Shown in pieces: positions 58,613 to 64,000 of a stretch of DNA of 64,000 nucleotides. The DNA lies in NCBI GenBank assembly GCA_039586795.1, contig JBDHJS010000005.1, positions 32,001 through 96,000 on the forward strand, given 5' to 3'. The stretch is from Gemmatimonadota bacterium (GTDB lineage: Bacteria; Gemmatimonadota; Gemmatimonadetes; Palauibacterales; KS3-K002). Positions within the stretch are counted from its first letter, which is position 1; the number at the start of each line of letters is the position of its first letter. Under the pieces are notes generated by a model. The model was not told the DNA's origin, did not search any database, and saw nothing but the letters and a program-made list of their open reading frames with translations. Made by a program: the position numbers and the translations under genes.

Positions 58613-59287
58613 TCAGTCGCGACGCTTCTGGTAGAGGGCGTTCACGGTCACGCGACGCCCTTTCTCGGATTGTGCGAACACGGTCTCGCTGGCCACCATC
58701 GGGACTAGCCCATGCCCACGCATCTCGGCATCCAGGTCGTCGGCCTCCACCAGGAACATCGGACCGGCCGCGTGTCCCTCGTACACGTGGCGCTCACCTT
58801 CGACGCAACGAAGTTCCTCAGCCAAGGACTCACAGCGCGGGCTGAAGTTCGCCACGAGTAGCTTTCCGTCGTGGACCAACACCCGTGCCGTCTCTTTCAG
58901 AGCCCTATCCCATTCTTCCGAGCTGGCAGCGCTGTGGTAGACACCCAGGGCAACGGTGAGCTGGAAGAACTCGGCGGGATAGTCGCCGAGGTCGTCCATC
59001 TTCCCAAGCCGAACGCGCCGTTCCGCCTCCTGAATACCCAGTAACTCGGCGAGACGCTCCCGCGTCTTCTGTACCATGGCCGCCGACGCATCCAGCGCAT
59101 GGACGTCGAAACCACGCTCGGCCAGAACGACAGTGTTTCGACCACCGGCGCAACCAAGGTCAAGTACACGCGTCTTTCCCGGCTCGGCGAATTCATCCAA
59201 TAGATCGACAAGCCGCCGGTCCGCCTCGCGTTCGGCGAACGTCTCCACCTGGTCCGGGCGTTCCCAGAACAGCTGCGGATCACTCAT
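58613..59287 (-). CDS. Class I SAM-dependent methyltransferase
   Basis: VLDLGCAGGRN; RVL...G. Confidence 0.88.
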   Translation of the reverse strand: MSDPQLFWERPDQVETFAEREADRRLVDLLDEFAEPGKTRVLDLGCAGGRNTVVLAERGFDVHALDASAAMVQKTRERLAELLGIQEAERRVRLGKMDDLGDYPAEFFQLTVALGVYHSAASSEEWDRALKETARVLVHDGKLLVANFSPRCESLAEELRCVEGERHVYEGHAAGPMFLVEADDLDAEMRGHGLVPMVASETVFAQSEKGRRVTVNALYQKRRD

Positions 59288-60020
59288 CGTCGTCGCCGCG
59301 TTCTCGGGTCAGCCGGGCCACATATCCCCCGTGGCCGTCCCGAAAGACGATCTCGCAGACCCAACCGGCCGCACGGGCGTGCTCGCAGAGGGTTTCCGAA
59401 TCGGCATACAGCTCCCGAAAAGGCGGTCCCCGCTCGCCCTTGTACTCCAGCTCGATCCAGGCTTCGCCGGGATAAGTGTCCGGGTCTACAGTGATCGCCA
59501 CGGCCGCCTCCGTCGCGTCACCCACCAGGCGACCCGGTCCGGAGTCAAGCAAGACCTGTCCGTCGGTCCCGAGCAAGCCCGGCGCATCAGCCAGAAATCG
59601 ATCGAGACCCTCCAGCGTTCCGAGTATGCCGATCCCGTTCATCATCATGAGAACGGTATCGAACTTCTCGCCGTCGATCTCGCCGACACCGGCGAGTCGC
59701 GCATCCTGAACTCCTCGTTCCCGCATGATCTCGATCGCTTCGGGAAGCACATCGATGGCGCAGACGTCGTGTCCGCGATTCTGCAGATACAGGGCGTGCA
59801 CGCCGGTGCCGGCGCCGACGTCGAGGACACGCCCCCGGCAGAGCGCTAGCGCCGCCCGCTCGAACGGATAGAACTCCTCCGGCCTTCGGAAGAAGACGCT
59901 GACCGGGAGCTCGTCGTGTTCGCCGAGGCTCGTGTGAATGATAAGGCAGGCTTCGCGGTCGCCAGCGAAGTAGTCCCGGATGGCGCGTGCGTGGGGCGCT
60001 CGCGGGTCGTCAGACTTCAT
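59280..60020 (-). CDS. Class I SAM-dependent methyltransferase
   Basis: VLDVGAGTG.HAL.LQ; FDT.LMMMNG.GI.G. Confidence 0.88.
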   Translation of the reverse strand: MKSDDPRAPHARAIRDYFAGDREACLIIHTSLGEHDELPVSVFFRRPEEFYPFERAALALCRGRVLDVGAGTGVHALYLQNRGHDVCAIDVLPEAIEIMRERGVQDARLAGVGEIDGEKFDTVLMMMNGIGILGTLEGLDRFLADAPGLLGTDGQVLLDSGPGRLVGDATEAAVAITVDPDTYPGEAWIELEYKGERGPPFRELYADSETLCEHARAAGWVCEIVFRDGHGGYVARLTRERGDDDE

Positions 60021-60026
60021 CGCCGG

Positions 60027-60983
60027 CTATTCGCCGCTCAACCTCCAGGCGACGGCTCTATATAGAAGAGGGATCATCACCTCGTGGTGGCCGGCGATGT
60101 GGATTCCGCGACCGCCGCTCTGCACCGGACGGCCGATGACGTTCACCTCGGGTCGGTAGTGGCGGATCATGTCCAGATTGACCGCAGTGAAGTCGTTGAC
60201 CTCGTTCTTGAGGTTGCGTGCGAGGGTCAGCGCTTTGAGAAAGACCTCGGGCAAGATGACGGCCGAGCCGACGTTCATGATCGTACCGCCATCGTTCAAA
60301 CCCTTGAGGGACTCGACGAGTATTCTGAAGTCGGTGTACGACGTTTCACCCAGGGCGGCGCCTCGACATGATGGGTGCTGGTGAATGATCTCGGCGCCCA
60401 CCGCCACGTGGACCGTCACCGGTACGTCCGCCTCGTAAGCGGCAACCAACAAGCTGAGATCGGCGTGGGCGGCGCCGTGATCGCGAAGCGAACGTGCCAA
60501 CGCCTCGCCCATCCCCAGACCGTCGTCCTGGCCGCGCTGGAACGCGTCGTTCATCTCCTGGCCCGTCTCATCGACCATACCGAACGTTGCATTAGCGAGG
60601 TTCTCCGCCACGTCTTCCGACGTCTGGCCGAAACGAGCGATCTCGTAGTCGTGGATGGCGGTCGCACCATTCATCGCCAGGTGAGTGATGACCCGGCGCT
60701 GCAGCAGATCGATCAAAAGCGGCGAGCAGCCGGTCTTCACGACGTGTCCGCCCAGCATGACGACCACCGCCCGGCCATTGCGGTGCGACGTGGCCACAGC
60801 ATCGGCGACGGCTCGCAGGTCTTGCGCGGCCAGCACGTCGGGGAGATTGCTGAGTGGATCCTGCGTGAACCCGTCCCAGTCGGGAACAGCGGCGAACTGT
60901 TCGATCGAGACCTTGTTCTTGCGGCGTGCGAACGGGATGGTTCGCGCTTTCGTCAGATCAGCGCAGTTGTACTTGGATGCCAT
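60027..60983 (-). CDS. Deoxyhypusine-synthase-like fold protein of unknown function
   Basis: GGHVVK.G, AMNG...IHD.E, TSEDV, FG...ETG, GSAVILPEVFLKA, GHHE. Confidence 0.7.
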   Translation of the reverse strand: MASKYNCADLTKARTIPFARRKNKVSIEQFAAVPDWDGFTQDPLSNLPDVLAAQDLRAVADAVATSHRNGRAVVVMLGGHVVKTGCSPLLIDLLQRRVITHLAMNGATAIHDYEIARFGQTSEDVAENLANATFGMVDETGQEMNDAFQRGQDDGLGMGEALARSLRDHGAAHADLSLLVAAYEADVPVTVHVAVGAEIIHQHPSCRGAALGETSYTDFRILVESLKGLNDGGTIMNVGSAVILPEVFLKALTLARNLKNEVNDFTAVNLDMIRHYRPEVNVIGRPVQSGGRGIHIAGHHEVMIPLLYRAVAWRLSGE

Positions 60984-60998
60984 GCCCTCTAGCGCTGG

Positions 60999-61346
60999 TT
61001 ATCGGTTTCGGAGATAGGCGACGATGCCGACGCCGACGATCCCGACCAAAACGAGTATGGCCGGGATGGCTGATAAACCTCCCGCCTCGGGCTGGCTCCG
61101 TGCGATGTAGAATGAGAAGATCCCAATCGCGAGCAGCAGCGCGATCCCGGACGCCACGGCGACGGCGGTGCCCGCCCCGCCGCTGGCCTTCTGACTCCCG
61201 GCGATCCTCAACGCCTGCCTGATCTCGCCGGGCTTCATCGGGTACTGGCTCTGGAAGTCGTCGATAACATCCGCCAGCTTCTTACTCAGCTCGCGGACTC
61301 GTGGCGAGTCGCTCTGGGGCGGCGGTACTCCCGGAACGTACGTCAT
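60999..61346 (-). CDS. Small membrane protein (2 C-terminal TM helices)
   Basis: GAGG RBS; helical N-terminus followed by two hydrophobic segments. Confidence 0.7.
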   Translation of the reverse strand: MTYVPGVPPPQSDSPRVRELSKKLADVIDDFQSQYPMKPGEIRQALRIAGSQKASGGAGTAVAVASGIALLLAIGIFSFYIARSQPEAGGLSAIPAILVLVGIVGVGIVAYLRNR

Positions 61347-61494
61347 GTCTGGCTACCTCGGTTGTCCGTCTGTCGTTTGCAGTGCCCGCTGCAAGTCCGA
61401 GCCTGAAAGATGGGACAAGGCCGGGGTGCTGCGCCAGCTTTGCGAATTCGACGCGTATATTGGGCTTTGGTCAGAACGCAAGCAGGAACCGCCG

Positions 61495-62436
61495 TCATGC
61501 TTTGATCGCGCTCCGAATCCGGGTGATTGCCCGAGGGCCAACTCGGCAGCAACCGCCGATACCACTAACGCCCAACCTGGTCCACTCCGCGGCCGCTATC
61601 TCCCAGTCAATGGGGCCCGGGGGCGCCGACCACGTCTTGCTTACCGCATCATATAGCTCCCCCGAATTGGGATAGACGATGAGCGGCTTCGTCGTAGCCT
61701 GCCGTGCCCCTGCGATCAGGTCGGATACTATCTCTGGCGCCACGCAATTGATGCCAAACGCAGCAACCCGCGGCTCGGCATCGCACGCGCGGGCGACATC
61801 GAACAGCGGGCTGCCATCGCTGATATGAGTGCCGTTGCGACAACTGAAGCTCAGCCACGCCCAGCGCTCAGGCGTCTCGCGAAGAAGCTTGAGCAACACC
61901 TCCGCTTCACGATGCGAGGGGATCGTTTCGCAGGCCAACAAATCTGCCTCACTCTCGGCGAGGACTTGCCATCGCGCGCGATGGAACTCGTACAGTTCGT
62001 CCTTACCGATATCGTAGTCGCCGGTGTACTCAGACCCGTCGGCCAGAAACGCGCCGTACGGCCCAACGCTTGCCGCGACTAGCGGTCGCAGACGGCCTTC
62101 TCGATTGGCCGGTTCGCTCCAGAACGCGTTGCGCGCATCGACAGCCAGATCGACGGAGCGACGGATGACCTCGAGTGCTTCGATCTCACTCAGACCACGC
62201 TTCATCAAACCCGGCAGACTCGCTTGGTATGTCGCTGTAGCGATGCAGTCGGAGCCGGCGGCTAGGAAGTCCAGGTTCACCTGCTTGATGTCCGCCGGCG
62301 CTTCCAAGAGGACCTTTGCCGACCACAACTCGTCGTTCAGGTCGTGACCTCGCGACTCGAGGGTCGTGGCGAGGCCTCCATCGAGTACCAGGACGCCCTG
62401 GCGTTCGAAGAATGGGGCGAGCGGATTATCGGTCAT
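61495..62436 (-). CDS. mmuM: Homocysteine S-methyltransferase
   Basis: LDGG.AT.LE, LWSA, GPYGA.LADGSEY, ETIP, GINC, YPNSGE, GGCCR. Confidence 0.93.
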   Translation of the reverse strand: MTDNPLAPFFERQGVLVLDGGLATTLESRGHDLNDELWSAKVLLEAPADIKQVNLDFLAAGSDCIATATYQASLPGLMKRGLSEIEALEVIRRSVDLAVDARNAFWSEPANREGRLRPLVAASVGPYGAFLADGSEYTGDYDIGKDELYEFHRARWQVLAESEADLLACETIPSHREAEVLLKLLRETPERWAWLSFSCRNGTHISDGSPLFDVARACDAEPRVAAFGINCVAPEIVSDLIAGARQATTKPLIVYPNSGELYDAVSKTWSAPPGPIDWEIAAAEWTRLGVSGIGGCCRVGPRAITRIRSAIKA

Positions 62437-62485
62437 GCTTCGCGTCGTCCGGAGCGTAGTCAAAAGGTGAACGAGCAAGATGCAC

Positions 62486-62529
62486 TAAGGCCGGGGTCCC
62501 GCGCCAGCGCCTGCGGCTCCCCGGCCTTA
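62486..62529. terminator. Hairpin downstream of the serine hydrolase gene
   Basis: TAAGGCCGGGG ... CCCCGGCCTTA 11-bp arms. Confidence 0.5.
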
Positions 62530-62545
62530 TCGAACTATCACTGAT

Positions 62546-64000
62546 TTACTGTACGCGCTGAATCAGCTGCTGCAAGCTGTTTGACAGCGGATTCGCCGCT
62601 CCGCTCTGGTTGGCGAGCACAGCGACCGTGTAATCGGCATCGACATAGATCGCCAGGTCGCCGTTGATACCGGGGAAGCCGCCACTGTGTCCTACGACCA
62701 AGCCCTTGGGCCCCTGTTCGATACCAAAGCCATAGCCGTAGCCGGCGTCGGACTTGCTCGTCCACATCACATCGAGCAGCTCCGCGCCGACCAGTTCGCC
62801 CTTCACCAGCGCACGCGCGTAGCGGTACAGGTCGCCAACCGTAGAGTAGCCACCGCCGGCGGGCCCGCCTTTGGCGACGTGCAGCAGGTTGTTGTTGCGC
62901 CAGCCGTACTCGCTCTCCGGATCGGGGAGATAGCCGATGGCCAGGTTGGGGACCGGCTCGTCGATCTCGAAACTGCCAGAGTCATTCATGCCGGCGGGCT
63001 CGTAGATGTTCGCGCGGATATAGTCGAAGTAGCCCTCACCGGTGGCGCCTTCGATCACCACTCCGGCGAGCAGCATCCCCAGGTTGCTGTAGCGGAAGCG
63101 CTCGCCGGGCTCGAACTCCAGCTCCTGACCTTGCGCCAACTCCTTGAACGAATCGATCTCCCGCCACTTGAGCCGCGAGCTGTCCCAGAACTCGTCCGTG
63201 AAGTAGTCGCCGATCCCGGACGTATGACTCAGCAGATGATGGATCGTCACCTTGTCGGTGATCTCTCGGGGCAGCCACGACTCGTCGACGTATTTGCTGA
63301 TCGGATCGTCGTAGGAGACGACGCCCTTCTCCACCAACTGCGCGATGGCCGTCGAGGTGAACATCTTGTTCATCGACCCGAGGTTGAACTTGGTGTCGAT
63401 GTTGTTCGGCACGTGAAAGCGCTTGCTCGCCTCGCCGCAGGCCTGAGCCAGCAACACTTCATCGCCCCTAGCGACGAGGGCCGTGCCCGAAAAAGCTCCG
63501 TTCCCACACACCCGCCGAATGATCCCGACGCCCATGTCGATCGCTTCCGCCTGCGTGAGCGCCGACTCCTCGACGTTGGACGGCGTACGCGCGTTATTGA
63601 TCCCGATTCCCGTGACCCGCCGTTCCGGCGTGTCGTCGAACTCGAGGGTGAAGGCGCGCCAGGCGCCGAAGTTTCGGTCCTTGAGGATGACCACCGTCTC
63701 GCCCGACCGCTCGGGTACGTAGGTTCGCACGCTGTGGAAGTCGACGCCGCCCCACATGCGGAACGTGTTGCCGAAAGCGCCCAAGTGAGCCTCCATCGGC
63801 ATCTCGGCGAAGCGGCCGGTGCACTCCTCCTCGATGAAGCGACGGACCTCATCGGGGTCGCCGGAGTTGAAGGTTTCGATAAGCGAGCGGATTCGCTCGC
63901 CTTCGACCCCGCCGGGCATCACCGACTCGTCGTGGTAGCTGATCTCGCCGGGCTGCTGGGCGGGTGCGGTAGCAACGATGAACAGCCCTGCGATGACCGC
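62546..64000 (-). CDS. Exported serine hydrolase, beta-lactamase/AmpC-like family (5' end outside the window)
   Basis: SMNK (SxxK), LLSHTSG, YSN, GHSGG; frame open to the window edge with a signal-peptide tail. Confidence 0.9.
   Translation of the reverse strand, partial: AVIAGLFIVATAPAQQPGEISYHDESVMPGGVEGERIRSLIETFNSGDPDEVRRFIEEECTGRFAEMPMEAHLGAFGNTFRMWGGVDFHSVRTYVPERSGETVVILKDRNFGAWRAFTLEFDDTPERRVTGIGINNARTPSNVEESALTQAEAIDMGVGIIRRVCGNGAFSGTALVARGDEVLLAQACGEASKRFHVPNNIDTKFNLGSMNKMFTSTAIAQLVEKGVVSYDDPISKYVDESWLPREITDKVTIHHLLSHTSGIGDYFTDEFWDSSRLKWREIDSFKELAQGQELEFEPGERFRYSNLGMLLAGVVIEGATGEGYFDYIRANIYEPAGMNDSGSFEIDEPVPNLAIGYLPDPESEYGWRNNNLLHVAKGGPAGGGYSTVGDLYRYARALVKGELVGAELLDVMWTSKSDAGYGYGFGIEQGPKGLVVGHSGGFPGINGDLAIYVDADYTVAVLANQSGAANPLSNSLQQLIQRVQ

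Noticed and set aside
62437..62545. SAM or SAH riboswitch upstream of mmuM
   Set aside because: Only a simple hairpin; no recognisable conserved riboswitch core
1..64000. Numerous long antisense or alternate-frame ORFs in the track (e.g. 612-1373, 21703-22836, 51884-52876)
   Set aside because: Shadow ORFs expected at high GC; they overlap well-supported genes and show no recognisable motifs
1..64000. tRNA, rRNA, IS elements, prophage, defence systems, selenocysteine read-through
   Set aside because: No supporting sequence seen by eye; covariance-model and HMM searches were not possible

Overview
GC-rich bacterial chromosomal segment, densely coded. The gene content (diderm envelope genes, expanded 6-bladed beta-propeller lipoproteins, Omp85-like barrels) suggests a Gemmatimonadota-like organism; this is inference, not a marker-gene call. 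I found no rRNA, tRNA, CRISPR array, transposase, integrase or phage genes. Main blocks, in order: (1) a membrane-anchored DtxR/MntR-FeoA-FeoA regulator with split feoB and tandem operators; (2) an ECF sigma, zinc anti-sigma and small secretin-N-like protein; (3) three tandem beta-propeller lipoproteins; (4) a divergent stress island (cytochrome-USP-rtcB-archease <> FmdB-pncB-APH/P-loop kinase) with heptamer repeat arrays; (5) an NtrY/NtrX-like sigma54 two-component system interleaved with a gluzincin lipoprotein, two paralogous Omp85-like barrels (one with a bactofilin-like N-terminus) and a DUF4390-like gene, with a candidate sigma54 promoter, activator palindrome and a 181-nt hairpin; (6) YozG/DUF2975, cysteine synthase-like, exported SurE, NnrE; (7) osmoprotectant ABC, YdbS/YdbT-like pair, pstSCAB-phoU; (8) a probably inactive S9 peptidase homologue, NhaC-family transporter, MshEN-like membrane protein, M61 peptidase; (9) MBL hydrolase with a sugar ABC system whose permease has a large N-terminal extension; (10) glycosyltransferases, methyltransferases, a DHS-like protein, mmuM and a 5'-truncated serine hydrolase. 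The best candidates for an undescribed system are the sigma54-controlled double-Omp85 locus (16.3-25.2 kb) and the RtcB/archease island. All family assignments were made by motif recognition by eye; no searches were run.
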